From NCBI GenBank assembly GCA_029246845.1, contig JAQWMJ010000040.1, positions 32,001 to 96,000 on the forward strand: a stretch of DNA of 64,000 nucleotides, given 5' to 3'. The notes under the pieces are model-generated. The model ran no database searches and had not been told where the DNA came from. It saw nothing but the letters and a program-made list of their open reading frames with translations. The stretch comes from Thermodesulfobacteriota bacterium (lineage in GTDB: Bacteria > Desulfobacterota_D > UBA1144). This document shows, piece by piece, positions 20,363 to 31,040 of this stretch (position 1 is the stretch's first letter; every line of letters starts with the position of its first letter). The position numbers were made by a program, and so were the translations under genes.

Positions 20363-21799
20363 TTATTTAGCTTTAGAAATTATTGCTGTGCCCAAATCAC
20401 GGAATATGTACTTATGAAAAGGAAAGATCGAATACCAATACAAATACCCCCAAATACCTTTAGGCTCAAATATAGCTGATATTACAAGGAAGGTTTTTGA
20501 ATTATGAGGAATAGATTCAAGCTTAAGCCATGCTTCCCCGGGCGATTTTAGTGTCATTTTAAGTAATATTTTGCGGTTTTCTTCAAACTTTTCTATTCTC
20601 CAACAGTCCATAGAGTCGCCTACTTTAAGATTGCTTCTATCACTATCTTCAATTTTCTTTCCACCAACAAGACGGTCAATAAATTTACGGAGAGTCCACA
20701 AAAAATTCCATGCAAGCCATCCATCCTTTCCACCCAAGGATGTTAGCACATTAAATAATTTCTCAGGAGATGATACGGTCTCAGTAATTCTTACCTCTTC
20801 AAAGCGTCCTCTTCTTTGAAACATTTCATATTTGGGATAAATATCTTGCTTATTCCAAGAAGTCTCAACATACTCACTTTTAGTCTTCTCAAAAGCTGAC
20901 TTAATCGAATCATCAAAACATAAAAGTTTAATTTCAGGGAAGAACTCTAAAGCTTTAGATGTATCACCAACTATATTATTCACAATTCCTTTTACAATAG
21001 GCACCGCTAGTAAGTTTGTTATTGGTGTCATTAAACCAATCCACCTAGCAGCAAGTCCCGGTGCCAATACTGGAACAGGGACAATTAATCTTTTTAGACC
21101 TCTAAACTTACAATAAGAAAGCATCATATTCTTGAAAGTTATAGGTTGGGTTCCAATATCTAATCTTCTAAGGGGTATTTTATCTATTGCTAATATTAGG
21201 TATTTTAGGACATCTCTAATACTAATGGGTCTAACAAGATGATTAATCCATTTTGGCGCAACCATAATCGGAAGCTTTTCACAAAGATGCCTTAGCATTT
21301 CGTAGGAAGCTGATCCTGATCCAATGATTGGACCAGCACAGAACTCAGTCGTTGGAAGATTGTCTGACAGGATCTTTCCTACCTCAATTCTACTATTTAG
21401 ATGATCTGAGATTTGAGGGCCATCCGGCGATATTCCTCCCAAGTAAATAACATGCTTGATATCCTTAAATAAAGTAACAAAATTCTCAGCTACGAGTCTG
21501 TCCAAGGCTATGTAATCTTGTGAGTCGGACATAGAATGAATTAGATAATATGCTTGATCTACACCATCAGGTAATCCATTTAATGTTTCAATTTTAGTCA
21601 AATCACCTTCAAAGACTTCAACCTGAGAGTACCATGATTTATTTTTAATTTTTTCTTTATCTCTAACTAAGACTCTGACCGTGAGATTATTACTTAAGAG
21701 CCTAGGAATAAGTCTGCCTCCTATATAGCCTGTGGCTCCAGTCACAAGAATTCTGGCATTTTTAGTTGTTAGCTTTATTGGATTATGGAACTCATTCAT
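20363..21799 (-). CDS. Atypical SDR NAD(P)-binding protein with C-terminal DUF2867 (YbjT-like)
   Basis: VTGATGYIGGRL, AYYLIHSM, GSGSASYEM; C-terminal WRIE...PGEAWL...PKGIWGYLYWY. Confidence 0.85.
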   Translation of the reverse strand: MNEFHNPIKLTTKNARILVTGATGYIGGRLIPRLLSNNLTVRVLVRDKEKIKNKSWYSQVEVFEGDLTKIETLNGLPDGVDQAYYLIHSMSDSQDYIALDRLVAENFVTLFKDIKHVIYLGGISPDGPQISDHLNSRIEVGKILSDNLPTTEFCAGPIIGSGSASYEMLRHLCEKLPIMVAPKWINHLVRPISIRDVLKYLILAIDKIPLRRLDIGTQPITFKNMMLSYCKFRGLKRLIVPVPVLAPGLAARWIGLMTPITNLLAVPIVKGIVNNIVGDTSKALEFFPEIKLLCFDDSIKSAFEKTKSEYVETSWNKQDIYPKYEMFQRRGRFEEVRITETVSSPEKLFNVLTSLGGKDGWLAWNFLWTLRKFIDRLVGGKKIEDSDRSNLKVGDSMDCWRIEKFEENRKILLKMTLKSPGEAWLKLESIPHNSKTFLVISAIFEPKGIWGYLYWYSIFPFHKYIFRDLGTAIISKAK

Positions 21800-21859
21800 A
21801 TATGTATATATTAACTAATTTTTTGAAATAGCTAATTTTAGAATATAATTAAACTTAAT

Positions 21860-22936
21860 ATGAATCTACTCAATAATTCATTTACCAATTATATGTTTTT
21901 GGATAACTATGTATGGGAATGGATCTTGGCAATTGTAATAACTCTTACAATATATGCTTTTTTAGTTTTCATAAAGAAAATTGCAGAAAAAAGATTGAAG
22001 ACGTTTGCGCAGAAAACATCTACCAATTTAGATGACTATCTGCTTGAAATGCTTTCCTCAATTTCAAAAATTTTTATTTTCTTAAGTGCAATAAATATTG
22101 GTAGCAATATAGTCACATTAAATGAAAATGTGAATAGTGTTTTAAGTCATGCCTTTCTTCTAATACTTTTCTGGCAAATAACTAGATGGATTGTCTTGGT
22201 TACAAATATAATCTTCACCAGATATAAAAAGATAAAAGAAACAAATGACGATATGCATGGGGTAACTGCAATAAATGGCCTAACAGCTATATCTAAATTT
22301 ATAATCTGGCTTATTTTTCTTATGCTAGCCATGGACAACTTAGGAGTAGATATAACTGCCCTAGTTGCTGGTCTTGGTATAGGTGGTCTTGCAATTGCAT
22401 TAGCTGCACAAAGTATACTTGGTGACCTATTTGCTTCTCTTACAATCATGATAGATAAGCCAATTGCGATAGGTGACTATGTTGTAGTTGACGATTTTAT
22501 GGGGAATGTAAAAGCCATTGGAATCAAAAGCACAAAGCTGGAAAGTCTGACTGGTGAAGAAATTATTATATCGAATTCAGATTTATTAAATTCAAGGTTA
22601 AGAAATTATCACCAGTCAAGGATGAAAAAGAGAAGAAGCAGTATGAAAATAGGTATTGTATATGAAACCGATTTTAATGAATTAAAAAGGATTCAAGAAA
22701 TATTAAGAGAGATAGTTAAATCAAATCCAAAAACAGAATATATAAGGGCCATCTTCACAAACTTTGGGGACTTCTCTCTTGATTTTGAGCTTACTTATAA
22801 TGTTCTAAGTCCAGACTATGAAACTTTAACTGAAATAAATCATGAAATTAGACTTAAGATTTTTGAAACTTTTGAAAAAGAAGGTCTTAAGTTTGCATAC
22901 CCAACGCGAACTGTCCATCTGACTAAAGAAAACTAA
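21860..22936 (+). CDS. Small-conductance mechanosensitive channel (MscS family)
   Basis: ALVAGLGIGGLAIALAAQ, DKPIAIGD, FAYPTRTV. Confidence 0.93.
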   Translation: MNLLNNSFTNYMFLDNYVWEWILAIVITLTIYAFLVFIKKIAEKRLKTFAQKTSTNLDDYLLEMLSSISKIFIFLSAINIGSNIVTLNENVNSVLSHAFLLILFWQITRWIVLVTNIIFTRYKKIKETNDDMHGVTAINGLTAISKFIIWLIFLMLAMDNLGVDITALVAGLGIGGLAIALAAQSILGDLFASLTIMIDKPIAIGDYVVVDDFMGNVKAIGIKSTKLESLTGEEIIISNSDLLNSRLRNYHQSRMKKRRSSMKIGIVYETDFNELKRIQEILREIVKSNPKTEYIRAIFTNFGDFSLDFELTYNVLSPDYETLTEINHEIRLKIFETFEKEGLKFAYPTRTVHLTKEN

Positions 22937-23009
22937 TAGAACCAATCATCTTTTCTTAACATGTAAAAATATAATTTGTTTTAAAAGTATATATATTCTA
23001 TTATTTTTT

Positions 23010-24395
23010 ATGGTTAAAAAACTATGGGGTGGAAGATTTCAAAATGCTACTAATGCTGATGCAGAGAACTTCACCTCTTCTATTGATGTAGACAAAGATT
23101 TATATAATTTTGATATTTTGGGCTCTATTGCTCATGTCGAAATGCTTTCACAGCAAAAAATTATTTCCAAAAGCGAGAAGAGCAAAATCATAAAAGGTTT
23201 AAAAAAAATAAAAAATGAAATAGAGCTTGGTAAGTTTAATTTTTCACATGAACTAGAAGACATACATATGAATATTGAAGATTCTCTTACTAAGAAAGTG
23301 GGCACAGCTGGTAAGAAAGTACATACTGCTAGAAGTAGAAACGATCAAGTGGTGACTGATATTAAACTTTATATCAAAAGTATGGCTGAATCACTAAAAT
23401 CAGATGTTGTAAAACTTCAAAAAAGTATTATTAAAAAATCCGAAAAAAATATAGATGTCATAATACCTTTTTATACTCACCTCCAAAGGGCTCAACCAAT
23501 ATTGGCATCTCATTACTTGTTAGCTTTCTTTGAAATGTTTCTGAGAGATGCAGAAAGAATTAACCAAACTATTCAAAGGCTTGATCAAAATCCTCTTGGT
23601 TCTTGTGCTGGAAGTGGCACATCATTCGAAATAGATAGATTTTATACATCCAAAAAATTAGGCTTTAGAGAACCCACAAGAAATAGTATTGACTCTGTAA
23701 GTGATAGAGACTATGTAATTGATACGATTTATTCATGTTCAATTATAATGATGCATCTTTCGAGATTTTGTGAGGATCTTATTGTTTGGAATAGCTCTGA
23801 GTTTAACTTTATTCAAATAGGGGATGAATTTACAACAGGTTCAAGCATAATGCCCCAAAAGAAAAATCCAGATATTCTAGAGCTAATTAGAGGAAAATGT
23901 AGCCTTGTTTATGGTGATTTAATATCCATTCTGACGAATTTAAAGGGTTTACCTTTGAGCTATAATAGAGATTTACAAGAAGATAAGATTCCACTTTTTT
24001 CAGCTTTAGAAACTTCCATCGATTGTGTTAAAATTTTCTCAAGAAATTTTGATTCAATAGAATTTAATACAGAACATATTAAGTCAGGAATGGACTTAGG
24101 TTTTCTTACAGCAACAGACCTTGCTGACTATCTCGCAAGGAACGATGTACCTTTTAGAAAAGCGCATCATATTACAGGGAATATTGTAGCTTATTGTGAA
24201 AAAAATAATAAAAATCTTAGTTCTTTAAGCCTTCTTGAATTCCAAAAATTCTCAAAGGTTATCAAAAAGGATGTTTTTAATTTCATATCGATTGAAAATT
24301 CTGTTGCCTCCAAAAAATCATATGGTGGAACTTCGAAAGAGAATGTAAAAAAAATGATAGCTAAATATAAAAAGATTTTATTAAAGTCGAAGTAA
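23010..24395 (+). CDS. argH: Argininosuccinate lyase
   Basis: KLWGGRF, HTARSRNDQ, YTHLQRAQP, GSSIMPQKKNPD. Confidence 0.97.
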   Translation: MVKKLWGGRFQNATNADAENFTSSIDVDKDLYNFDILGSIAHVEMLSQQKIISKSEKSKIIKGLKKIKNEIELGKFNFSHELEDIHMNIEDSLTKKVGTAGKKVHTARSRNDQVVTDIKLYIKSMAESLKSDVVKLQKSIIKKSEKNIDVIIPFYTHLQRAQPILASHYLLAFFEMFLRDAERINQTIQRLDQNPLGSCAGSGTSFEIDRFYTSKKLGFREPTRNSIDSVSDRDYVIDTIYSCSIIMMHLSRFCEDLIVWNSSEFNFIQIGDEFTTGSSIMPQKKNPDILELIRGKCSLVYGDLISILTNLKGLPLSYNRDLQEDKIPLFSALETSIDCVKIFSRNFDSIEFNTEHIKSGMDLGFLTATDLADYLARNDVPFRKAHHITGNIVAYCEKNNKNLSSLSLLEFQKFSKVIKKDVFNFISIENSVASKKSYGGTSKENVKKMIAKYKKILLKSK

Positions 24396-24453
24396 AGAAG
24401 CTGCAGAATTAGCATTAACTTGAGCTTAAATTTTTTTTGTTTACAATAATTTT

Positions 24454-24813
24454 ATGAGTATTTTGAAAAGTTTTAAAAACAAAGCTACAAAGCGTGACTA
24501 CGAAATTAATATTTCATGTCCTGAATTTACATCCCTATGTCCAGCAACAGGTCAACCAGATTTTGCAGAAATTAAAATATTATACGTACCCCATGAAAAG
24601 TGTATAGAGCTAAAATCTCTAAAACAATATATTAATTCTTATAGGAATGTAGGAGAGTTCCATGAGCATGTAACTAACAAAATACTAGATGATATTATCC
24701 TCACTTGTAAACCGAAATATGCAAAAGTAATTGGAGATTTTAATATAAGGGGGGGAATTAAGACAATTGTTGAAGCAGAGTATAAAAAGGGATCGCGAAA
24801 GAAAAAAAGTTAG
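24454..24813 (+). CDS. queF: NADPH-dependent 7-cyano-7-deazaguanine reductase (unimodular)
   Basis: PEFTSLCPATGQPDFA, IELKSLKQY, FHE, RGGI. Confidence 0.95.
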   Translation: MSILKSFKNKATKRDYEINISCPEFTSLCPATGQPDFAEIKILYVPHEKCIELKSLKQYINSYRNVGEFHEHVTNKILDDIILTCKPKYAKVIGDFNIRGGIKTIVEAEYKKGSRKKKS

Positions 24814-25591
24814 CTATTTTATCTTTGGTTTAATTTTCTTAGTTTTAATAGTTTTATCTATTTTTCCCGATTCTTTGGCACCTTTTTCTCCCTCGGAGTC
24901 AAACTATGATCAACTACTCAAGGAACCCTCAAAATTAAACTTATTCGGTACAGATGAGCTTGGAAGAGATATTCTAAGTCGTATCATATATGGAACAAGA
25001 GTTTCACTTTCTGTTGCTTTATTCACTTCAATCATATCGCTAGTTTTTGGAACAATTTATGGATTATTTTCAGGAATAAAAGGGGGAATAATAGATGAGA
25101 TTTTGATGAAAATTGTTGATATCTTTTATTCTATTCCAGACCTGCTATTAATTTCCATCTTCATCTTACTATTTGGTCGAGGTACAACTGGAATTATATT
25201 AGCTCTTTCGTTATTAAGCTGGATGAGAATTGCTAGAATAACTAGAGCAAATGTAATTGAGCTTAAAAATAGACCATTTGTCTTAAGTGCAAAAGTAATG
25301 GGATTTAGTGATACTAGGATTGTATTCAAAGAGATTCTTCCTAATATATTAGCCCCTATAATTGTTACTTTTAGCTTCACCATTCCTTCCTCTATACTTG
25401 CTGAGTCAACTTTAAGTTTTTTAGGTTTAGGAATTTCACCACCAGAAGTAAGTTGGGGGTTGATGGCAAATAATGGTTGGCAAGGTATCAGGAGTTTCCC
25501 ACACCTAATAGTTTTCCCATGTCTGGCTATTTTTATTTCTACAATTACATTTATAAAAATAGGAGAGTTTATGAAGGAGAAAGCTGAATGA
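24767..25591 (+). CDS. Peptide ABC transporter permease (OppC/DppC family); start uncertain
   Basis: FGTDELGRDILSRIIYGTRVSL, EAA-like loop FVLSAKVMG, ESTLSFLGLG, SWG. Confidence 0.9.
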   Translation: MLKQSIKRDRERKKVSYFIFGLIFLVLIVLSIFPDSLAPFSPSESNYDQLLKEPSKLNLFGTDELGRDILSRIIYGTRVSLSVALFTSIISLVFGTIYGLFSGIKGGIIDEILMKIVDIFYSIPDLLLISIFILLFGRGTTGIILALSLLSWMRIARITRANVIELKNRPFVLSAKVMGFSDTRIVFKEILPNILAPIIVTFSFTIPSSILAESTLSFLGLGISPPEVSWGLMANNGWQGIRSFPHLIVFPCLAIFISTITFIKIGEFMKEKAE

Positions 25592-27528
25592 AAACAATTA
25601 TAATTATTCTTCTATTTTTTATTCTTTCAATCTCATCATTCTCTTATCAGAATTGTAGTGAATTAAATAATAATCTTGCGAAGTCTGAATGTTTTAAGTC
25701 TAGTAACAAAAATAAAGAAGCTTTAAATAGTATTAACAAACTTCAGGGATCTTTAATAGAACTTGAAACGATTCAAGACTTTTTAGATTTTAAGAAGATT
25801 CAGTTTTTAATAAAATCAAAAGATATTAGCTTAAGCCTTGAAAAGTTTAAGCTTAATTATCCTGAATCAAATCTAACTAAAAAAATTGAGCTTATAAAAG
25901 CAGAGGCTTTACTAAATGAAGGGTTCAATGAAGATTTAGTGGAGGTACTTAGTCAAATAGAAAAACAATATAAGCTGTCAGTGAAAGATAAACTAATGAT
26001 TAAATACTTAAAAGGTCTGAGCTTCTATAAAACACAGAAATATAATGAATCCTTTAAATTAATTAAACAGTTAGCAATTAATGACCCTCAATTTAAATCA
26101 AAGCAAGTAAATGAGACTCTTTATAAACTTAAAAGCAATCATTCATTTAAACTTAGTAAAGATGAAAAAACTACTAGGCTCCATAACCTTCATAAAAGAA
26201 ATATGTATTCAATTTTCATGAAAGAATATGATGATAAGTTATCTGTTCTACTAAGAATAAAGAAAAGTTTAATAATGATTAAATCAAAAAATAGTAAAAA
26301 AGGGTTCGAAATCTTAGAAAAAATAGCTGCCGGACAATTTACTGATTCTGGATCACAGTCAATCAATCTCGAAGCAATTGCTGAATCTAAATATAGACTA
26401 TTATTATTCAAACTAAAAAGTACGAATAATAATTCATTGCTGGCAAAAGAACTGCAGTCAATCCTAACAAACTATCCTAATTTCAGTAAAAACAGTGCAG
26501 TAGGTTATTTATCAGCAAGGCTGTTTACAATTGATAAAGAATATAAACAAGGAATAAAGGTCTACAACTGGCTTATTAAAACAAAGTCTAAGGGGTATGT
26601 TGATAAATCCTTTTATGGCCTTGGTTTCTCAGAATATATGCTAGGGAATTATAAGGAAGCAATGGGATATTTTAGATCTCTAAAAGAGTCCGACGAATCA
26701 TACTATAGACAATTGGGAAGCTTTTGGACAGGTAAATCATTATTGAAATTAGAAGATAAAACTTTGGCATTAAAAGAATTTAAAAATCTTTCCGATAAAT
26801 ATGATATTGGTTATTACTCATATCTCGCGTCAACGAAAATTAACAGTAAAAAAATTAGAAAAACTTACAAAAAAGTTAAGTCAAATAGTTATATTGGAGA
26901 TATTACTCTTTTAAAATATGCCAATGAATATGGTCCACTAAGAAAAGAAGTGGAAAACTATATAAGAAACAAGATTAATAAATCAAATTATAATTCATAT
27001 CTTTCTGCTTTAGACGATGCAGGTGAGTTTAATCTATGTATAAAGATTTCTTATAGTTACAATTCTCATAACTACTACAAATATCCTAGAGGATATAAGT
27101 CTATAGTGAGCAAATATTCAAAAAAATATGGTGTTGATCCTTATCTAATTTTCGCACTTATAAGAGAAGAAAGTTTATTCAATCCATTAGCTAAATCATG
27201 GGTTGGAGCCAAAGGATTAATGCAACTTATGAATAAAACTGCTAATTCATTAGATAGAGAGTTAAATATAAAATCAAATCTATTCAACCCTGAAGATAAT
27301 ATTAATCTGGGAACTTTCTATTTAATGAAACTAATGAAACGTTTCGATAATAATATCCCTAGTGTTCTTGCAGCATATAATGGGGGCCCTCATAATGTAG
27401 AGTTATGGAGAGAGAAATTTGCAGGAGTTGATGATGAAGAATTTGTTGAAAATATTCCATTTAAAGAGACACATGGGTACGTAAAGAGAATATTAAGAAG
27501 CTATCACTATTATAAAAATAACTACTAA
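25588..27528 (+). CDS. Exported soluble lytic transglycosylase with TPR-like repeats
   Basis: Signal peptide; SLT motifs IREESLF, GAKGLMQLM, AAYNGGP, IPFKETHGYV. Confidence 0.88.
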   Translation: MKTIIIILLFFILSISSFSYQNCSELNNNLAKSECFKSSNKNKEALNSINKLQGSLIELETIQDFLDFKKIQFLIKSKDISLSLEKFKLNYPESNLTKKIELIKAEALLNEGFNEDLVEVLSQIEKQYKLSVKDKLMIKYLKGLSFYKTQKYNESFKLIKQLAINDPQFKSKQVNETLYKLKSNHSFKLSKDEKTTRLHNLHKRNMYSIFMKEYDDKLSVLLRIKKSLIMIKSKNSKKGFEILEKIAAGQFTDSGSQSINLEAIAESKYRLLLFKLKSTNNNSLLAKELQSILTNYPNFSKNSAVGYLSARLFTIDKEYKQGIKVYNWLIKTKSKGYVDKSFYGLGFSEYMLGNYKEAMGYFRSLKESDESYYRQLGSFWTGKSLLKLEDKTLALKEFKNLSDKYDIGYYSYLASTKINSKKIRKTYKKVKSNSYIGDITLLKYANEYGPLRKEVENYIRNKINKSNYNSYLSALDDAGEFNLCIKISYSYNSHNYYKYPRGYKSIVSKYSKKYGVDPYLIFALIREESLFNPLAKSWVGAKGLMQLMNKTANSLDRELNIKSNLFNPEDNINLGTFYLMKLMKRFDNNIPSVLAAYNGGPHNVELWREKFAGVDDEEFVENIPFKETHGYVKRILRSYHYYKNNY

Positions 27529-28133
27529 GAGATTTTTGAAAAGTTTCTCAAAACCTCTAATCCTACGTTGCTGCTTTTTTCAGGATGAAATTGTGTTGCA
27601 TAGATATTGTCAGAACTAATTGAAGAAGCAAAGTCATCTCCATAGTTAGAAATAGAGTCTGTTATTTTAGAGTCGACATTAGACTTAAAAGAATGTACAA
27701 AATAGAACCAACTCCTATTGGGAATCCCTTTGAAAAGTCTAGAGTTACCTTTAAATTCAACCTGATTCCAACCCATGTGTGGAACTTTAAGTTTTTTTGA
27801 TTCAAACTCAATTTTATCTACGGACCCTTTAAAAAAAGAAAATCCCATAGAACCAGGACTTTCCTCACTATTTTCAAACAAAATCTGAAGACCAAGGCAT
27901 ATTCCAAGAAAAGGTTTACCTTTTTTAATCGAATCTTTAATAGGTTCAAAAATCTTTTTGTCCTCCAAATTTTTAATGCAATCTCCAAAAGATCCAACAC
28001 CAGGGAAAATAATAGAGCTGGCGTCTTCTATTTCTTTTTTTTGATCAGTAATTTTAGAGTCTATTGATAGTAGACTTAAAGCTTTTGAAACTGATTTTAA
28101 GTTTCCAAAACCATAATCAACTATCGCAATCAT
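27525..28133 (-). CDS. hisH: Imidazole glycerol phosphate synthase glutaminase subunit
   Basis: DYGFGNL, PGVG, GICLGLQ, PHMGWN, QFHPEKS. Confidence 0.96.
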   Translation of the reverse strand: MIAIVDYGFGNLKSVSKALSLLSIDSKITDQKKEIEDASSIIFPGVGSFGDCIKNLEDKKIFEPIKDSIKKGKPFLGICLGLQILFENSEESPGSMGFSFFKGSVDKIEFESKKLKVPHMGWNQVEFKGNSRLFKGIPNRSWFYFVHSFKSNVDSKITDSISNYGDDFASSISSDNIYATQFHPEKSSNVGLEVLRNFSKIS

Positions 28134-28720
28134 TAGAGGTTGCCTTTAGTTGAAGGTATTGAATCAGACCTTGAATCAATCGAAGTAGCAGAATCAAGAG
28201 ACCTCGCTACTGACTTGAATATCGATTCAATAATATGATGATTATTTGCACCATATTTCAGTTCGATATGTATATTGGCTTTAATATTATTTGTAAACGA
28301 TTGAAAAAACTCCTTTGTAAGCTCAACATCAAATTCACCAACTTTAGAAGCTGGTAGCTCGACATTGAACACAAAGAAAGGTCTATTACACAAATCAACT
28401 ACTGACGAAGAAAGAGTCTCATCAAAAGGTATAGTACTAGATCCATATCTTTGAATTGACTTCTTATCTCCTAAGGCCTGATCAAAAGCTTGACCTAGAG
28501 TGATTCCAACATCTTCAACAGTATGATGAAAGTCTATTTCAGTATCTCCATCAGCCTCAATTTTTAAATCAAAGTACCCATGCTTTGATAATTGCTCTAG
28601 CATGTGGTCAAAGAAAGCAATGCCAGTATTAATCGAATAATTCCCAGTTCCATCAAGATTCAGCTCAACAGAAACCTTAACTTCACTAGTTTCTCTTTTA
28701 ACTTTTGCTATTCTATTCAT
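28133..28720 (-). CDS. hisB: Imidazoleglycerol-phosphate dehydratase
   Basis: FFDHML, DFHHTVED, NNHHIIE, PSTKG. Confidence 0.96.
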   Translation of the reverse strand: MNRIAKVKRETSEVKVSVELNLDGTGNYSINTGIAFFDHMLEQLSKHGYFDLKIEADGDTEIDFHHTVEDVGITLGQAFDQALGDKKSIQRYGSSTIPFDETLSSSVVDLCNRPFFVFNVELPASKVGEFDVELTKEFFQSFTNNIKANIHIELKYGANNHHIIESIFKSVARSLDSATSIDSRSDSIPSTKGNL

Positions 28721-28762
28721 TATTTGATGTTAAACCAAAAAATATTATTATTCAATTTAGTC

Positions 28763-29752
28763 TTAATAATCATGCTCATCTTCAATTTCACCTAAAATTT
28801 CTTCGAATATATCTTCTAAAGTCACCAAACCTAAAGCCTTATGGGCAGAACCAACTATTGCCATATGTGATCTTGCATTTTTCATCTCATCTAATAATGA
28901 TGAAACAAGAAGATCTTCATCGACAAAAAAGCATTTATCTAAGAATGAGTCAATATTTTTATCATCATCTTCATCCAACAAGTAACATGCGTGCACAGTT
29001 CCTTTAATTTGAGATTTATTTAAATCAAATACAGGAAATCTTGAATGGCCTGTTTTCCTAACTAGCTCTTTAATATCTTGAACTTTTTTACTAAAAGAAA
29101 CTAGGACAGTTTGATCAATCGGAATCATAATATCTTTTACTGTTACCTTATCAAACAAAAGAATTTTATTTAGGATTTTATCTCTAAATTGCTGAGAGGA
29201 ACTTTCTAGAGCTGACTGAGTTTCTAGCTCATGCATCAACTCTTCTCTAGTAATCAACTTATTCTTTGTTCCAATTATATTTACAATAAAATCTGTTAAA
29301 AATTCTATCAGAAATAAAAAAGGTTTAAATAAAACTCTAAAGAATTTAGAGAAATAAATCGTCTTTAATACAAAAAAATTGCTTTGTCTTTGAAATATCG
29401 ACTTAGGTACAACTTGCCCAAAAATTACGATAAGTGGGGTTAATATCAAGACTGATGCTAGATGAGGATCAAATTGAGGATAAGTGCTCTCTATAAAGGA
29501 TGAGACCAAAACAGTATTGATTACAATGCAAAGATTCTCACCTACTAGGCTTGTTGCAACATATTCTTCAATTTTATTTATGGATCCCATTACAAGCTTC
29601 GCAGAGCTATCACCTGCATCAGCCTTTGATTTAATTGTTCCTTTATCACATGATAATAAAGAAATTTCTGAACCCGCAAAAATAGCCTGTATGCATAATA
29701 AAATTAAAGTAATTAATGGAAGAGTGTATATGTTAATTTTCGACCCTCTCAA
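28763..29752 (-). CDS. CNNM (DUF21)/CBS-domain membrane protein, short paralog; start uncertain
   Basis: FAGSE, FGQVVPK, GHSRFPV, LVTLEDIFEEILGEIEDEHD; no CorC C-terminal domain. Confidence 0.85.
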   Translation of the reverse strand: MRGSKINIYTLPLITLILLCIQAIFAGSEISLLSCDKGTIKSKADAGDSSAKLVMGSINKIEEYVATSLVGENLCIVINTVLVSSFIESTYPQFDPHLASVLILTPLIVIFGQVVPKSIFQRQSNFFVLKTIYFSKFFRVLFKPFLFLIEFLTDFIVNIIGTKNKLITREELMHELETQSALESSSQQFRDKILNKILLFDKVTVKDIMIPIDQTVLVSFSKKVQDIKELVRKTGHSRFPVFDLNKSQIKGTVHACYLLDEDDDKNIDSFLDKCFFVDEDLLVSSLLDEMKNARSHMAIVGSAHKALGLVTLEDIFEEILGEIEDEHDY

Positions 29753-31040
29753 CCTTAATTTTAGTTACCCTATTATTCTCTATTTTGAGTACTGTTAGCC
29801 TAATATTACCCCTTATTATACTTTCACCTTTTAAAGGTAACCTTCCAATATTAGTAAAAATAAATCCACCCACTGTCTCAATATCTAAATCCTCAGGAAG
29901 AAATGAATGCTCAATCTCAGAGCCTAAAGATTCAAGCCCACCTGGTCTCAAGGTTGCATATAAACAAGATGAATTAAAATCATTGATCCTTAGCCCACCG
30001 CTGACTTCAAGGATATTATTAATGTAGCTCATATTGCTACTGTCTGGTCCTCTTTCATATTCAATTTGGCCAAAGATTTCTTCTAATATATCCTCTAAAG
30101 TAACAATGCCCTCTAATCTTCCGTATTCATCAAGAACTATAGCTATATGAATTTTCTTAACTTGAAATTCTTGTAGTAATTCAAGAACATTTTTTTTATC
30201 TGGAACAAAATAAGGCTCATGTAATATGGAAGCAATGTCATCTGTCTTGTGGTTGAGTAAATCTTTAGAGTGAAGAATTCCGATTACATTATCTGTATCA
30301 CCCTTATATATTGGAATCCTTGATAATCTCCTCTTCTGTATCTCTACCAATGCCGAACTTTTACTAATATCGTGTGGAAAAGTTAAGAGATCAGGCTCAG
30401 GTGTTAATATTTTAATTAAATTAATTTTTTGAAGGTTTAATAGATTATCTATAATTTTACTTTCGCTTTTTTTCACAGAACCCTCATCTTCCCCGATGTC
30501 AATAAGACTTGTAACCTTAGAATCACCATCCTGAATACTTCCAGATTCAACGACTAAGGGGCTTGTAAGATTTATTAAATACCTGGAGAGAGAGTTGAAA
30601 ATAAAAGTGACAGGAAACATAACTTTGTTGATATAGTAAATAATAGGGGCAATAGCGATAGAAAGTCTCCTAGAGAATTTTACACCAATAGTCTTGGGTA
30701 TAATTTCACAAAAGACTAAAATTAATATAGAAGTCACAAAGATAGCAATTATAGATATAAGCTCATCAGACAGTCTCCCATCTAAAGAGTTGTGTAATTT
30801 CGAAGAAATTAAACTAGTTATAGAAACATTGATTATTTCATCTAAAAGCAAAATCGTGGCAATAATTGTTCCAGGATTGTTTATAAAAGTCTCTAGGAGT
30901 TTTCCTGAGGAAGATTTCTTTTTTATTAAGTTAACTTGGTATCTCTGAAGTGAAAAAATAGAGCTTTCTGTGATAGAAAAAAAAGCTGAAAGAAGTACTA
31001 GTAAAAAGATTATTAAAAAAAATAAATATTGATCATTCAT
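29733..31040 (-). CDS. CNNM (DUF21)/CBS/CorC hemolysin-family Mg2+ transport protein
   Basis: SAFFSITE, EIIPK, SRIPIY, DEYGRLEGIVTLEDILEEIFG, ETVGGF...GRLP. Confidence 0.88.
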   Translation of the reverse strand: MNDQYLFFLIIFLLVLLSAFFSITESSIFSLQRYQVNLIKKKSSSGKLLETFINNPGTIIATILLLDEIINVSITSLISSKLHNSLDGRLSDELISIIAIFVTSILILVFCEIIPKTIGVKFSRRLSIAIAPIIYYINKVMFPVTFIFNSLSRYLINLTSPLVVESGSIQDGDSKVTSLIDIGEDEGSVKKSESKIIDNLLNLQKINLIKILTPEPDLLTFPHDISKSSALVEIQKRRLSRIPIYKGDTDNVIGILHSKDLLNHKTDDIASILHEPYFVPDKKNVLELLQEFQVKKIHIAIVLDEYGRLEGIVTLEDILEEIFGQIEYERGPDSSNMSYINNILEVSGGLRINDFNSSCLYATLRPGGLESLGSEIEHSFLPEDLDIETVGGFIFTNIGRLPLKGESIIRGNIRLTVLKIENNRVTKIKVERVEN

